From: Bosea sp. (in: a-proteobacteria)
GTDB taxonomy: Bacteria; Pseudomonadota; Alphaproteobacteria; Rhizobiales; Beijerinckiaceae
Assembly (NCBI RefSeq): GCF_051860145.1
Contig: NZ_JBHYEM010000002.1
Coordinates: 277,780-341,779 of the forward strand
Length of the DNA stretch: 64,000 nucleotides
Direction: 5' to 3'
The position numbers and the translations under genes are program-made. The notes beneath the pieces were generated by a model. The model saw only the letters and a program-made list of their open reading frames with translations. It was not told the DNA's origin and did not search any database. Positions 28,223-41,294 of this stretch are shown here, piece after piece; within the stretch, counting starts at the first letter, position 1; each line of letters starts with the position of its first letter.

Positions 28223-29107
28223 TCAGTACTTGCGGATCACGTGCGGTGCCGGCGCATAGGCCACCGGCGCCCGCTCGACCGGGCCGCAGCAATCGGGATC
28301 GCCGAAGTTCCAGCGCATGCCGATCTTGAAATCGTGGCTCTCGATATCCTTGGCCTTGAGCGGCGCCTGGGCCTGGCCGGTGAAGGCGTTGACCAGGCGG
28401 CCGGACTGCGCATCGCCGAGATTGAGATAGCGATAGCCCGCCTCGAGCGTCAGGTTCTTGTTCACCTCGTAGCCAACGCCGGCCATGAGCGCCCAGGCGA
28501 GGCCCGTCTTGGAGCCGCTGCTGGCGGTACCCAGCGTCGACACCACCGGCCCGACCGGCTCGTTGACGAAGAGCACGCCCTGGTCGGTGACGCCGCTGAT
28601 GCGGTTGCGCGCGACACCGATACCGGCGCCGAGATAAGGCGTCAGGCAGTTCCAGGTGCCGAGATCGACATAGGCGTTGAACAGCGCCACCATCGAGGAC
28701 ATGTTGCCCTTGTAGGTGTTGGTCTGGTTGCCGTTGATGAACGGATTGAAGACGATGTCGTTGACGCCGATCGAGGTGCTGCCGCGATATTCGCCGGTGA
28801 CGTCGACACGGAACCAGTTGTTGAAGCGATAGCCGGCGCCGATGCCGCCGAAGAAGGCCTGTTCCTCGGTCTTGCCGAAGAACTTGCCGCCGAAGGCGGT
28901 GACGTCCGCCTGCTCGTATTTGTCGATGCTCTGCGAGCCGATGCCGACATCGCCGCGCAGATACCAGCCATGGCCGATCGTGCCCTTGAGGGCGATTGGC
29001 TCGGGAGGCGGCGGCGGCAGGCCCGGGCCGAGATCGGCGGCCGAGGCGATCGCGGGCATGCCGAAGGCCACGGCGCCCGCCAGCGCAAGAGTTTTCAGGC
29101 TGCCCAT
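28223..29107 (-). CDS. porin-family outer-membrane protein (Omp25/Omp31/RopB-like 8-stranded barrel family)
   Basis: 294 aa; signal peptide MGSLKTLALAGAVAFGMPAIASA; ..GWYLRGDVG...GAGYRFNNWFRVDVTGEYR...ALFNAYVDLG...TPYLGAGIG...AGVGYEV..NLTLEAGYRY... typical of alphaproteobacterial Omp25/31 proteins. Confidence 0.8.
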   Translation of the reverse strand: MGSLKTLALAGAVAFGMPAIASAADLGPGLPPPPPEPIALKGTIGHGWYLRGDVGIGSQSIDKYEQADVTAFGGKFFGKTEEQAFFGGIGAGYRFNNWFRVDVTGEYRGSTSIGVNDIVFNPFINGNQTNTYKGNMSSMVALFNAYVDLGTWNCLTPYLGAGIGVARNRISGVTDQGVLFVNEPVGPVVSTLGTASSGSKTGLAWALMAGVGYEVNKNLTLEAGYRYLNLGDAQSGRLVNAFTGQAQAPLKAKDIESHDFKIGMRWNFGDPDCCGPVERAPVAYAPAPHVIRKY

Positions 29108-29187
29108 GGCAGTGTCCTTCGAGTTTGCACAGGGCGAAAACGCAGCCCGCGCGAGTTACCGACGGGAAGGACGGTGCCAGCAATTCC

Positions 29188-29203
29188 TTAAATGAGACTT
29201 AAC
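29188..29203. promoter_or_regulatory. CtrA-box-like motif TTAA-N7-TTAAC upstream of the porin gene
   Basis: TTAAATGAGACTTAAC, 81-96 nt upstream of the porin ATG (29107). A single occurrence with no supporting data. Confidence 0.3.
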
Positions 29204-29329
29204 CTTACCGCTTAACCACGAAATCCTGCGCAATCATGCGAATGCTCGCGCCGAATCGATCAGGCTGGCGATTGCGCGCCGGCTTTCGAGATGGTCCGTG
29301 TTCGGCAATGGCGGGTCGGGGGCCGCCGC

Positions 29330-30673
29330 TCAGGCCGCGGCCTTGGTCACGGCCTCGACAATGTCGTCGACCGCACGCATGACGAGATCGCGGTCGTCGC
29401 CCTCGGCCATGACCCGGATCACCGGCTCGGTGCCCGAGGGGCGGATCACCAGCCGTCCGCTTTCGCCCAGCATTTGCCTTGCCGCCTCGATCGCGTTCAC
29501 GACCGGCTTCTCCTTGAGCGGCTGGCCCTGCTTGTAGCGCACGTTCTTGAGGATCTGCGGCAGCGGCTCGAAACAGTGGCAGACCTCCGAGACGGGCTTG
29601 TCCATGCGCTTCACCACGGCAAGCAGCTGCAACGCCGCGACCAGCCCGTCCCCGGTCGTCGCATAATCCGAGAGGATGATGTGGCCGGATTGCTCGCCGC
29701 CGAGATTGAAGCCGTTCGCCCGCATGTGCTCGAGCACGTAGCGGTCGCCCACGGCCGTGCGCGCCAGGCTCAGCCCGAGGCCGGCGAGATAGCGCTCCAA
29801 CCCGAGATTGGACATTACGGTCGCCACGATGCCGGGCGCCGAAAGGCGGCCATCCTCCTGCCAGCTGCGCGCGATCACCGCCATGAGCTGGTCGCCATCG
29901 ACGACCTGGCCCTGCTCGTCGACGATCAGGACCCGGTCGGCGTCGCCATCGAGCGCGATGCCGATATCGGCGCGCAGGTCGCGCACCTTCTGCGCGACCG
30001 CCTCGGGCCTGGTCGAGCCGACATCCTTGTTGATGTTGAAGCCGTCGGGCTCGACGCCGATCGTGATCACCTCGGCGCCGAGTTCCCAGAGCGCCTCCGG
30101 CGCGACCTTGTAGCCGGCGCCGTTGGCGCAATCGAGCACGATGCGCAGGCCTTCCAGGCTGATATTGCGCGGCAGGGTGCGCTTGGCGAACTCGATATAG
30201 CGGGCATGCGCGCTGTCGATGCGCTTGGCGCGCCCGAGCATCGGCGACGGCGAGAGATGCGCCGACAGGTTGGAATCGATCAGCTTCGAGATCGTCTCCT
30301 CGACCTCGTCGCTGAGCTTGTAGCCGTCCGGGCCGAACAGCTTGATGCCGTTGTCCTCGTAAGGGTTGTGCGAGGCCGAGATCATCACGCCGAGATCGGC
30401 GCGCATCGAGCGCGTCAGCATCGCGACAGCCGGCGTCGGCATCGGGCCGAGCTGCATCACGTCCATGCCGACCGAGGTGAAGCCGGCGATCAGCGCCGTC
30501 TCGATCATGTAGCCCGAGAGCCGGGTATCCTTGCCGATCACCACGCGGTGGCGATAATCGCCGCGGCGGAAGGCGATGCCGGTGGCCTGGCCGACCCGCA
30601 GCGCCAGATCGGGCGTGATCACGCCGTTGGCGCGGCCGCGGATGCCGTCGGTTCCGAAATGTTTGCGCGTCAT
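29330..30673 (-). CDS. glmM: phosphoglucosamine mutase
   Basis: ATG at 30673: [17 protein letters not shown]...; phosphoserine loop [15 protein letters not shown]; 447 aa. Confidence 0.93.
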   Translation of the reverse strand: MTRKHFGTDGIRGRANGVITPDLALRVGQATGIAFRRGDYRHRVVIGKDTRLSGYMIETALIAGFTSVGMDVMQLGPMPTPAVAMLTRSMRADLGVMISASHNPYEDNGIKLFGPDGYKLSDEVEETISKLIDSNLSAHLSPSPMLGRAKRIDSAHARYIEFAKRTLPRNISLEGLRIVLDCANGAGYKVAPEALWELGAEVITIGVEPDGFNINKDVGSTRPEAVAQKVRDLRADIGIALDGDADRVLIVDEQGQVVDGDQLMAVIARSWQEDGRLSAPGIVATVMSNLGLERYLAGLGLSLARTAVGDRYVLEHMRANGFNLGGEQSGHIILSDYATTGDGLVAALQLLAVVKRMDKPVSEVCHCFEPLPQILKNVRYKQGQPLKEKPVVNAIEAARQMLGESGRLVIRPSGTEPVIRVMAEGDDRDLVMRAVDDIVEAVTKAAA

Positions 30674-30820
30674 GAGGTCAGATCCAGGAACGGGCAACTC
30701 ACCCGCGAAAATCAAACGATTGAGAGCTTCTATAGCGGAAATGGGTTTCCGCCTTCTCACGTTTTGTGACGAATGCTTTCTTGATGGCGGCTGAAGGAAA
30801 CTCGCCGCGCCCCTACTTCG

Positions 30821-30853
30821 ATAAGAAAAAGGCGGCCGGTTGGCCGCCTTTTC
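30821..30853 (-). terminator. intrinsic (bidirectional-looking) terminator ending the ftsH transcript
   Basis: AAGGCGGCC-GGTT-GGCCGCCTT stem flanked by an A-run and a T-run. On the minus strand the hairpin is followed by TTTTTCTTAT. Confidence 0.7.
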
Positions 30854-31017
30854 AATTCGCTCCGAGCAGCGTCACTTGGAGACCGTTTGAGAATTCGCTG
30901 GCGTGAGTCGGCTGGCGTGATCGTCGAGAACCGGAGCGGAGTGGACTTGAGTCCGTGAGCACCGGAAGCGCAGACGGTCGCGTCAGGCGACCACGCCAGT
31001 AGAATTCGCGAGCGGTC

Positions 31018-32943
<1,926 letters not shown>

Positions 32944-33053
32944 TCTCTGTCCGATCGGGCCGCCCGGTCCAACCGGAGAAGGCCAAGGGTTTCAGGCGTT
33001 AATCTAGGGGCGGCCAGGGCCGTTGCCAAGGGAACAGCGCAGGATAACCATGC

Positions 33054-34109
33054 TCATCGCGACGCAGGGTGAACGCCGCGCCTGCGCGCCGGCTCCGGCG
33101 CGAGCCTCAGGATGCCATCGACGCCGAGCGTCAGAACATATCCCGATAATGTCCGGGTCAAGGCCGCGCCACGGCGAACGGCCTCCAGCAAGGCGAAAAC
33201 ACAGGCCTCGAGTCGCTCGAGCCGCGGCAGGTCATCGCTCGCCGCGCCCGCGCGCTCCAGCGCCCGCGAGACGACGCGCAGGACGATCTCCTCGGGCTGC
33301 CCGGCGAGATCGCCGAAGCGCAGCCTGGTCGTGCCGGCACCCTCGCCGGCAAGCAGGATCGCAGGGAGCAGTTCGGCGGCCCTGTGCTCGATGGCCGCGT
33401 CAACGCGCGCCAGGCGCTCCGCCAGCGCGGCGAGGCGCTCGGCATCCAGCCCCTCCTCCGCCAGCGCCGGCATCAGCGCCCGCCAGCGCGCTCTGCCGAA
33501 ACGCAGATCGGCATTGCTGGGATCGCTCGCGAAGGCCAGGCCGCGGGCCTTTGCCGTCGCGGTCAGCCGCGACTTCGGAACCGCGAGCAAGGGGCGCGCC
33601 AGCATGACGTCCCGCTTGCGCACCCGCGACCGCATCCCGGCAAGCCCGGTCGGACCGGAGCCACGCGCCATCCGCATCAGCATTGTCTCGGCCTGGTCGT
33701 CCAGCGTGTGCGCCGTCACCAATGTCGCGCCACCGAGTTTCAGCGCATGCGCCGCCAGGAGGTCATAGCGCGCCTCGCGCGCCTGCTTCTGGATGCCGGC
33801 GGCGGGCTTGGGGCCCAGCCAATGCAGGATCGCATGCGGGACGGCCAGGGCTGCGCAAAGCCGGGCGACGGCTTCGGCCTCGGCATGTGAGCCTTCCCGA
33901 AGGCCATGATCGACGATGGCGGCGTGCAGGGCAGGCCGGCCGGGCTGATGGGCCCAATCGGACAGCAAGGCCAGAAGCGCGATCGAATCCGGGCCGCCCG
34001 AGACGGCGACGAGGAGGCCCCGCTCCGCGGCCAGTCCGGCGAAGAGCGCATCTGCCTCGTCCGCCGAGACCGGCGCTGGCTCTGGAATGCTGACGGCTGG
34101 CGCGTTCAA
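33054..34109 (-). CDS. tilS: tRNA(Ile)-lysidine synthetase
   Basis: 351 aa with PP-loop VAVSGGPDS. Apparent TTG start overlapping the cpoB stop (TTGA). Canonical position upstream of ftsH. Confidence 0.85.
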   Translation of the reverse strand: MNAPAVSIPEPAPVSADEADALFAGLAAERGLLVAVSGGPDSIALLALLSDWAHQPGRPALHAAIVDHGLREGSHAEAEAVARLCAALAVPHAILHWLGPKPAAGIQKQAREARYDLLAAHALKLGGATLVTAHTLDDQAETMLMRMARGSGPTGLAGMRSRVRKRDVMLARPLLAVPKSRLTATAKARGLAFASDPSNADLRFGRARWRALMPALAEEGLDAERLAALAERLARVDAAIEHRAAELLPAILLAGEGAGTTRLRFGDLAGQPEEIVLRVVSRALERAGAASDDLPRLERLEACVFALLEAVRRGAALTRTLSGYVLTLGVDGILRLAPEPARRRGVHPASR

Positions 34110-35038
34110 GCGCAGCGGGCGCGGCGGCGCTCGCGCTCGACGCCCTGCCGGACGGCGTTCGAGGCCGAGGGGTAATCCTGGCCGAGCTTGGCGTAGGTGG
34201 CGCAGGCCTGATCGCGCGCGCCCAGGCCGTTCAGCGACATGCCGAGCTTGAGCATGCTGTCGGGCGCCTTGCCGGCGCGCGGGAAGTCGCGCGAGATCTT
34301 CAGGAACTGCTCGGCCGCCTCGCGATAGCGCTGGCGCTGGAAATAGCTCTCGCCCAGCCAGAAGGTCGCGTCGGCGGCGAGTCGGTCGCGCGGATAGCTT
34401 TGCAGGAACTGCCGGAAGCCCATTTCGGCCTGCTCGTATTCCTTGCGCAGGACATAGGCATAGGCGGTGTCATAGGCCTCGCGCGCGCTGGGTGCAGCGC
34501 CGGTCGCGGCGACGCTCGGCCCGCTGCGCGGACCGCCTGACGGCAAGGCGCCTTGCGGCACCTGCCGGCCGACGCCCTGAAGGTCGAGCGGCCCCTGGCC
34601 GCCGGAGAACTCGTCCTCGATGATGCCCTCGACGCCGCCGCCCAGGGAGCGTGGCGCGCCCGCGGCCCTGGGATCCGCGGAGGGGTCGAAGGCATCGCCT
34701 CGGCGCTGACGGCCGGGCTGCGTCTGAGGCTGGCCGCCACCCGCCGGCGGCAGGGCCGTCGTCCCGGGCGCGGCATTGCTAGGGCGCGGCGCGGTGCCGC
34801 CACCACCGCGTTCGTTCAGCCTGAAATCGACATCCTCCTGGAACTTGCGCAGCTGCTCGGTCAGCCTGCGGTTCTCGAACTGGAGCTGCTCGATCTGGCC
34901 GGACAGCTGCCGGACCTGATTCTCGAGGCGCCCCGTGCGAACGGTGAGCTCGGCCGCATCCTGCGCGGCCGCCGGCATCGCGGCGGTCGCGAGCAGGCCG
35001 ACGGCGCAAGCCGCCAACAGCCACGAACGAAAAGACAT
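34106..35038 (-). CDS. cpoB: Tol-Pal system protein CpoB/YbgF
   Basis: ATG at 35038; signal peptide MSFRSWLLAACAVGLLATAAMPAAAQ; coiled-coil LENQVRQLSGQIEQLQFENRRL; C-terminal TPR region. Confidence 0.85.
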   Translation of the reverse strand: MSFRSWLLAACAVGLLATAAMPAAAQDAAELTVRTGRLENQVRQLSGQIEQLQFENRRLTEQLRKFQEDVDFRLNERGGGGTAPRPSNAAPGTTALPPAGGGQPQTQPGRQRRGDAFDPSADPRAAGAPRSLGGGVEGIIEDEFSGGQGPLDLQGVGRQVPQGALPSGGPRSGPSVAATGAAPSAREAYDTAYAYVLRKEYEQAEMGFRQFLQSYPRDRLAADATFWLGESYFQRQRYREAAEQFLKISRDFPRAGKAPDSMLKLGMSLNGLGARDQACATYAKLGQDYPSASNAVRQGVERERRRARCA

Positions 35039-35107
35039 AGTATAGCGAACCATCATTATAACCGACTTGCTCCCGGCATGAGGCGTTATCACACGCTGTC
35101 ACCACGG

Positions 35108-35153
35108 CCAAAATATGAAAAGGCCGGCGCTTCCGTACGGAAAGCGCCGGCCT
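35108..35153 (-). terminator. intrinsic terminator downstream of pal
   Basis: On the minus strand, AGGCCGGCGCTTTCCG-TA-CGGAAGCGCCGGCCT (one bulge) followed by TTTTCATATTTT. Confidence 0.7.
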
Positions 35154-35177
35154 CGGCAGATTTCAGGAGCCGGAGCC

Positions 35178-35681
35178 TCAGACGCCGCCGGCGCCGTCGA
35201 GCACCGTCACGCCGCGGCGGTTCTGCGACCAGCACGAGATGTCGTTGCAGACCGCGACCGGGCGCTCCTTGCCATAGGAGACGACGCGCATGCGGTTGCC
35301 CTGGATGCCGCGCGAGGTCAGGTAGTCGCGCACGGTCTGGGCGCGCCGGGCGCTGAGCGAGAAATTGTACTCGCGGGTGCCGCGCTCGTCGGCATGGCCT
35401 TCGATCGTGAAGGTGTAGCGCGGATAGCGCGAGAGCCAGCCCGACTGCTTGTCGAGCGTCGCGACCGCGGTCTGGGTCAGATCGGTCGAATCCGTCTCGA
35501 AAAAGACGCGGTCGCCGACATTGACGACGAAATCCTGGGCGCTGCCTGGGGTCGCCGCGCCGCCGGCGCCGAAGCCGCCCTCGGCGGTCTGGTCCTTGGC
35601 GCAGGCGCCGAGCGCGAGCGTGGCTGCGATGGCGATGGCGAAACGCGCGGTGCGCGGGCTGGCGAGCGAAGCAAGCAGCAT
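35178..35681 (-). CDS. pal: peptidoglycan-associated lipoprotein Pal
   Basis: 167 aa; lipobox ..TLALGAC; OmpA-like domain ..TIEGHADERGTREYNFSLSARRAQTVRDYL.. Confidence 0.92.
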   Translation of the reverse strand: MLLASLASPRTARFAIAIAATLALGACAKDQTAEGGFGAGGAATPGSAQDFVVNVGDRVFFETDSTDLTQTAVATLDKQSGWLSRYPRYTFTIEGHADERGTREYNFSLSARRAQTVRDYLTSRGIQGNRMRVVSYGKERPVAVCNDISCWSQNRRGVTVLDGAGGV

Positions 35682-35863
35682 GTCTGTTCTCCGGGCGGGT
35701 CTAAAGGCGGGTCCGCAATCAGGAAGCGGTGAAACTCCGCCCCATCAATGATGTGTCAACCTAAACGAGACCTTGCCAAAACAAGGCGAAGTGGCGGCAT
35801 TGCGGCGCATGGTTAACCAATTGCGACGAAAGGCAGCATTCCGGCCGGTGTTGCGCCGTTGCA

Positions 35864-37231
35864 TCAGCGGCCGGTGGTCAGCAGGGGCGACCATGTCGGG
35901 TCCGAGGCGAAGGCCGGCGTCGGCACCGGCACCTCGACGCGCCCGGTGATGTCGACCATGTAAAGCTTGCCGCCCGATTGGCCGCCGGGATCCCGGAAGA
36001 ACATGATGTACTGGCCGTTCGGCGCCCAGTTCGGCGCCTCGTTGTGGAATCCTTCGGTCAGGATGCGCTCGCCCGAGCCGTCCGGCCGCATCACGCCGAT
36101 GGCGAAGCCGCCGCCGCCCTGCCGGGTGAAGGCAATCAGGTCGCCGCGCGGCGACCAGGACGGCTGCGAATAGGAGCCTTGCCCGAAGGAGATGCGCCTG
36201 CCTTCGCCGCCGCCCGCACCCATGACGTAGAGTTGCTGCGAGCCGCCCCGGTCACTCTCGAACGCCATCTGCGTCCCGTCGGGCGAAAAGGAGGGCGAGG
36301 TGTCGATCGCGGCCGTCGAGGTCAGCCGCGTCGTGGTGCGCGAGCCGATATCCATCGTGTAGAGATTGGCGTTGCCGCCCTGCTGCAGGCTGAGCGCGAT
36401 CTTGGCGCCGTTCGGCGAGAAGCGCGGGCTCGAGGTCATGTCCGGGAAATTGCCGACGATCTGGCGCTGGCCGGTCTCGATGTTGAGCACATGGACGCGC
36501 GGCTGTTCGCCCGAGCGCTGCGCCATATAGGTGACTTCCTGCGCCACGGGAGAATAGCGCGGCGTCACCACCGAGACCTCGCCGCTGGTCAGGTAGCGCA
36601 CATTGGCGCCGTCCTGGTCCATGATGGCGAGACGCTTGCGCCGATGCTCCTTCGGGCCGGATTCGTCGACGAAGACGACGCGGGTGTCGAAGAAGCCGCC
36701 GACGCCGGTGATCTTGGTATAGATCGCGTCCGAGATGATATGGCCGACGCGTCGGTTGTTGTTCGGGTCGGTGTAATATTGCTGGCCGTCGGTCTGCTCG
36801 CCGGTGACGACGTCCCAGAGACGGAACTCGGCCCGCAGTCGCCCGCCCTCGCGTGCGACGCGCCCGACCACCAGCCCCTGCACGCCGGCGGCCTTCCAGG
36901 CCTCGAATTGCGGGGCCGCGTCGAAAGGCGGGCTCCGGTCGGGAAACCGCGCCTTGTCGATCGGCAGGAAATAGCCCGAGCGCTTGAGATTGTTGGTGAT
37001 GACGCCGGAGACCAGCACGCCGCCCTCGCCGGCAAAATCGGCGACCGCGATCGGCATCGGCTGGAACGTGCCCTTGCGCAGGTCGATCACCAGTTCGGCG
37101 CGCGCAGCGGCTGGAACCAGCAGCGGCAGGGCCAGTGCCGAACCGCCGAGTGTCAGGGCGCCGCGGCGCGTCAGGCCCGTACGGGCTCCAGCGGCGGCAT
37201 CGATCTTGGGGGTGCGATGGATGAGGGTCAC
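35864..37231 (-). CDS. tolB: Tol-Pal system beta-propeller protein TolB
   Basis: 455 aa. GTG start overlapping the tolA stop (GTGA). Repeated ..P.FSP.G..I.F.. propeller blades. Confidence 0.92.
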   Translation of the reverse strand: MTLIHRTPKIDAAAGARTGLTRRGALTLGGSALALPLLVPAAARAELVIDLRKGTFQPMPIAVADFAGEGGVLVSGVITNNLKRSGYFLPIDKARFPDRSPPFDAAPQFEAWKAAGVQGLVVGRVAREGGRLRAEFRLWDVVTGEQTDGQQYYTDPNNNRRVGHIISDAIYTKITGVGGFFDTRVVFVDESGPKEHRRKRLAIMDQDGANVRYLTSGEVSVVTPRYSPVAQEVTYMAQRSGEQPRVHVLNIETGQRQIVGNFPDMTSSPRFSPNGAKIALSLQQGGNANLYTMDIGSRTTTRLTSTAAIDTSPSFSPDGTQMAFESDRGGSQQLYVMGAGGGEGRRISFGQGSYSQPSWSPRGDLIAFTRQGGGGFAIGVMRPDGSGERILTEGFHNEAPNWAPNGQYIMFFRDPGGQSGGKLYMVDITGRVEVPVPTPAFASDPTWSPLLTTGR

Positions 37232-38427
37232 AATACGTCCCTTGCGTCGAAATTGACGACGACGTCGCGCCAGTCGTCATAATATGCGGCGAATTGCGCG
37301 GGAATGCGCAAAGGCGAGCAGCGTCGCGTCGCGGTGAGAGCCGAATCGGCCGCGACCCGGAAAAGCGGGTCGGACGAGGAGTTGATCACGCCGGGCTGGC
37401 CCGCCAGCGAACCGTCATTGTTCAGCTTCATGCGCACCGAGGGCACGACCGCGCCCTTCGCATTGGCGAGGCCGATCGGCACGTTCCAGCATTTCAGGAG
37501 CTGGTCCTGGATGATGCCGACGAGCTGGGCGCGCAGCGACGGGCTGAGCTTCTGGGCCGAGCCGCGCTCGGTGCCGAGCGAGGCGGTGCGGTTCACCTGA
37601 GGCGCGGACGCTCCCGAGGAGCGGGCGGGCTCCTTCGACTGCAGCAGCTTGGCGATGTCGTTGGCGTTGAAGTTCTTGGCGATCTCGGCCTCGCGCTTGG
37701 CCTTGGCCTCCGCTTCGGCCTTGGCCTTGGCGGCAGCGGCGACCTTGGCCTTGGCATCGGCTTCCGCCTTGGCCTTGGCGATGGCTTCGGCCTTTTCCTT
37801 CGCGGCCTGCTCTGCCTCGGCCTTGGCCTGCGCTTCCGCCTTGGCCTTGGCCTTCGCCGCGGCTTCGGCGCGCGCCTGCGCCTCGGCTTCGGACTTTTCC
37901 TTGGCCGCCGCCTTGGCCTCTTCCTCAGCCTGCTTCGCCTTGGAGGCGAGCTCGGCCTCCGCGGCCAGCCTGGCGAGCTCCTCGCGGCGCAGATCGGGCT
38001 TCGCCTCGGCCGGGGCCTGCGCGCTCTGCACGGGCTTGGCCGGCTCGGGCGGCTTCGGCTCGGGCGGCTGCAGCGCCGGCCGGGCCGGCGGCATCGGCGC
38101 CGAGGCGTTGTCGTCGGCCGTCTTCAACTCGGCGGGCCGCGTCGGCGGCGCCGGCGTGTCCTGCTTCTCCTCGCCCTCTTCCTTGCGCTCGACGACCTCG
38201 GACTGGCGCTCGGCCCGCTGGACCGGCTGCTCCTGCACCTTCTCGGCCTTGCGCTCGCCGCGCGTGACCTGGTTCAGGGCGCTCGGATCGACGATCTCGA
38301 CGGCGATGGCCTCCTCGTTCTCCGGCAGGGGCGTAGGCGACGAAAACGCCAGCAGCCCCGCGACGAGAAACGTCACGTGGCCCAGCGCTGATACCGCCAT
38401 TCCCGGTTCGGAGGTGGAAAGCTTCAC
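37228..38427 (-). CDS. tolA: cell-envelope integrity protein TolA
   Basis: 399 aa: N-terminal TM anchor, a long Ala/Lys/Glu-rich helical domain ([12 protein letters not shown]..), and a C-terminal globular domain. Positioned between tolR and tolB. Confidence 0.8.
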   Translation of the reverse strand: MKLSTSEPGMAVSALGHVTFLVAGLLAFSSPTPLPENEEAIAVEIVDPSALNQVTRGERKAEKVQEQPVQRAERQSEVVERKEEGEEKQDTPAPPTRPAELKTADDNASAPMPPARPALQPPEPKPPEPAKPVQSAQAPAEAKPDLRREELARLAAEAELASKAKQAEEEAKAAAKEKSEAEAQARAEAAAKAKAKAEAQAKAEAEQAAKEKAEAIAKAKAEADAKAKVAAAAKAKAEAEAKAKREAEIAKNFNANDIAKLLQSKEPARSSGASAPQVNRTASLGTERGSAQKLSPSLRAQLVGIIQDQLLKCWNVPIGLANAKGAVVPSVRMKLNNDGSLAGQPGVINSSSDPLFRVAADSALTATRRCSPLRIPAQFAAYYDDWRDVVVNFDARDVL

Positions 38428-38455
38428 GCCTCGATGCCCTTGCCTACCAATCGCT

Positions 38456-38902
38456 TCAGCGCGTGGCCGGCTCTGTCACGAGCGCGACACGCTTGAAGCC
38501 CGCCGAGGTGATGGTCGACATCACCGAGGCGACCCGGCCGTAATCGACCTGCCGGTCGCCACGCACATAGATGCGCTCGTCGAAGCCCTGCTTGGCGATA
38601 TTGTGCAGTTTCGTCACCAGATCCGGCTCCAGCGTCGCCTGATCCTGCAGGAAGATCTGGCCCTTGCCGTCGATCGCGATCGTGATCGGCTTCTGGTCGA
38701 CATTGATCGGCTTGGCGCCGGTCTGCGGCAGGTCGATCGGCACGCCGGTCGCGATCAGTGGCGCCGCGACCATGAAGATGATCAGCAACACCAGCATGAC
38801 GTCGATGAACGGCGTCATGTTGATCTCGGCGATCGCGCCGTGACGGCGGCCGCGGCGACCCCGTCGTCCGCCGGATTTGCCGGCTGCTGCGGACATGCCC
38901 AT
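38456..38902 (-). CDS. tolR: Tol-Pal system protein TolR (ExbD/TolR family)
   Basis: 148 aa: ..AEINMTPFIDVMLVLLIIFMV.. Confidence 0.9.
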   Translation of the reverse strand: MGMSAAAGKSGGRRGRRGRRHGAIAEINMTPFIDVMLVLLIIFMVAAPLIATGVPIDLPQTGAKPINVDQKPITIAIDGKGQIFLQDQATLEPDLVTKLHNIAKQGFDERIYVRGDRQVDYGRVASVMSTITSAGFKRVALVTEPATR

Positions 38903-38913
38903 GCCTCAGCTCC

Positions 38914-39624
<711 letters not shown>

Positions 39625-39984
39625 CCTGTCATCCTTCCGTCAGCCGGTCAGCGCGAACCTGGCGCTGCTGATCCATTCTCCCGCCGGCCAAACCGATGAC
39701 CGCGGCCACGAATACCTCGCGCCACCATCGTTTTCGCGATCTGGGGAACATGCCGTTCCTGTCAATTGCTTTTGAATCCGGCGAAAGATGGGCGCATCCG
39801 GGGTTTTCTGCATCAACGACTCTTGCGCAATGAGTTAAGCACCCAGCAAGGTTAATGCGCGGTTGACGCTGTTTTACCGGCGGAATCGGGGCGATCGCTT
39901 CCAGGCCGCTTCAGTCTTATCGCTGCGTCCCGGACCCACCACGGCGCGCTTCGGCCGGCGGATGTGACCTTCCGGCAACATCCG

Positions 39985-40020
39985 CAAATGCAAACAGCCC
40001 GCCTCTTGCGAGGCGGGCTG
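39985..40020 (-). terminator. intrinsic terminator downstream of the DUF2852 gene
   Basis: On the minus strand, CAGCCCGCCTC-GCAA-GAGGCGGGCTG followed by TTTGCATTTGCGG. Confidence 0.6.
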
Positions 40021-40044
40021 CGATCGATTCGACTGATAGGATGG

Positions 40045-40479
40045 TCAGGCGCTGGGCGCGGGCTCCCCGCCATCCCGGCGCTGGGACATGAACTGGTCGA
40101 ACTCGGCCTTGTCCTTGGCCATGCGCAGCTTGCCCAGGAAGTCCTGGAACTCGCGCTGCTCCTCTTCCAGCCGGCGCAGCGTCTCAGTGCGATACTCGTC
40201 GAAGGCGTGGTTGCCGCTCGACGGTCCACGGCCCCAGCCGCCACCGGAACCCCAGGGCTGGCCGCCGCCCATCCGCTCGCGCAGGCGTTCCATCTTGGAC
40301 TGCAGCCGGGTCATCCGGTGCTCGTAGCGCTCATGTCCACAACCATGTCCCATACGTCCACTCCCGAACAGAAAGACCAGGGTCGCCAGACCCAGCGGCC
40401 ACCAGACGATGAAGCCGAGCACCGCGAAGGCGAGCCAGGCCCCTTTTCCGTATTCATCAAGCTTGGCAACGATCGGCAT
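40045..40479 (-). CDS. DUF2852-like membrane protein
   Basis: ATG at 40479 after GAGAGGGA: MPIVAKLDEYGKGAWLAFAVLGFIVWWPLGLATLVFLF...AFDEYRTETLRRLEEEQREFQDFLGKLRMAKDKAEFDQFM. Matches my recollection of DUF2852. Confidence 0.7.
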   Translation of the reverse strand: MPIVAKLDEYGKGAWLAFAVLGFIVWWPLGLATLVFLFGSGRMGHGCGHERYEHRMTRLQSKMERLRERMGGGQPWGSGGGWGRGPSSGNHAFDEYRTETLRRLEEEQREFQDFLGKLRMAKDKAEFDQFMSQRRDGGEPAPSA

Positions 40480-40557
40480 CGATCCCTCTCGAAACTGAAT
40501 GGCAATGACGACGATCATTGCCGGCCAACCCTCGGCCGGCTTATGCCGACCGTGTGA

Positions 40558-40576
40558 ATGTAAATCACATTTACAT
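40558..40576. promoter_or_regulatory. perfect 19-bp palindrome, candidate TetR operator upstream of the DUF2852 gene
   Basis: ATGTAAAT-CAC-ATTTACAT, AT-rich within a G+C-rich genome, 79-97 nt upstream of the DUF2852 ATG. Confidence 0.45.
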
Positions 40577-40646
40577 ATCTGGCCGTGCCTGCCAATCCTT
40601 TCAAGACGGCGGCCGCAAATTTTCTCCGCAAATTTCCGCCCAGGCC

Positions 40647-41294
40647 TCAGCCGGCCTTGTCGTGCGGCAGTCCCAGGCCCTTGAGATAGATCAGCATCCC
40701 GGCCTCGAGCAGATCCGCCGCCGACATCGGCAAGCTGCGCCGGCCGCCATCGGCCCGGCCGAACAGCGCCGCGACGCCATGCGACATCGCCCAGATATGC
40801 AGCGCCATCATCAGGGCCGGCGGGCGCTTCGATTGCGGCAGATCGGCGATCAGCGTCTCGGCGGCGTGGCGCAGCGACTGGAAAGAGCGGTCGGCAGCCG
40901 CGCGCAATTCCGGGCTCGCATCGAGCGGCACCCCGGCCTCGAACATCGCCGAATAGAAGGCGGGCTCGTCATGGGCGAAGGCGAGATAGGCCCGGCCCAG
41001 TCGATGGAACGCCGTCTCGGCATCCGGCTTGCCGCTGTCCCAGGCCTTGGCCAGCGCCGCCTCGAAGGCGGCGAAGCCGCGGGCCGCGACATCGGCCAGG
41101 AGCTCGTCGCGGTCGCGGTAATGCCGGTAGGGCGCGGCCGGGCTGACGCCGGCCATGCGGGCCGCCTCGGCGAAGGTGAAGCCGTTCGGCCCCTTCTCGC
41201 CGATCAGGCCGAGCGCGGCGCGCACCAGGGCTTCCTTGAGGTTGCCATGGTGGTAGCCGCGCGGCTGCCCGGGATTGTCGCGTTTCCAGCTCAT
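40647..41294 (-). CDS. TetR/AcrR family transcriptional regulator
   Basis: 215 aa; N-terminal HTH ..RGYHHGNLKEALVRAALGLIGEKGPNGFTFAEAARMAGVSPAAPYRHYRDRDELL.. Confidence 0.88.
   Translation of the reverse strand: MSWKRDNPGQPRGYHHGNLKEALVRAALGLIGEKGPNGFTFAEAARMAGVSPAAPYRHYRDRDELLADVAARGFAAFEAALAKAWDSGKPDAETAFHRLGRAYLAFAHDEPAFYSAMFEAGVPLDASPELRAAADRSFQSLRHAAETLIADLPQSKRPPALMMALHIWAMSHGVAALFGRADGGRRSLPMSAADLLEAGMLIYLKGLGLPHDKAG

Noticed and set aside
37640-38010. Repetitive DNA that might be a tandem-repeat array or CRISPR-like structure.
   Set aside because: It is the in-frame Ala/Lys/Glu-rich helical domain of TolA ([12 protein letters not shown]..). The short repeats are imperfect, with no spacers and no cas genes.
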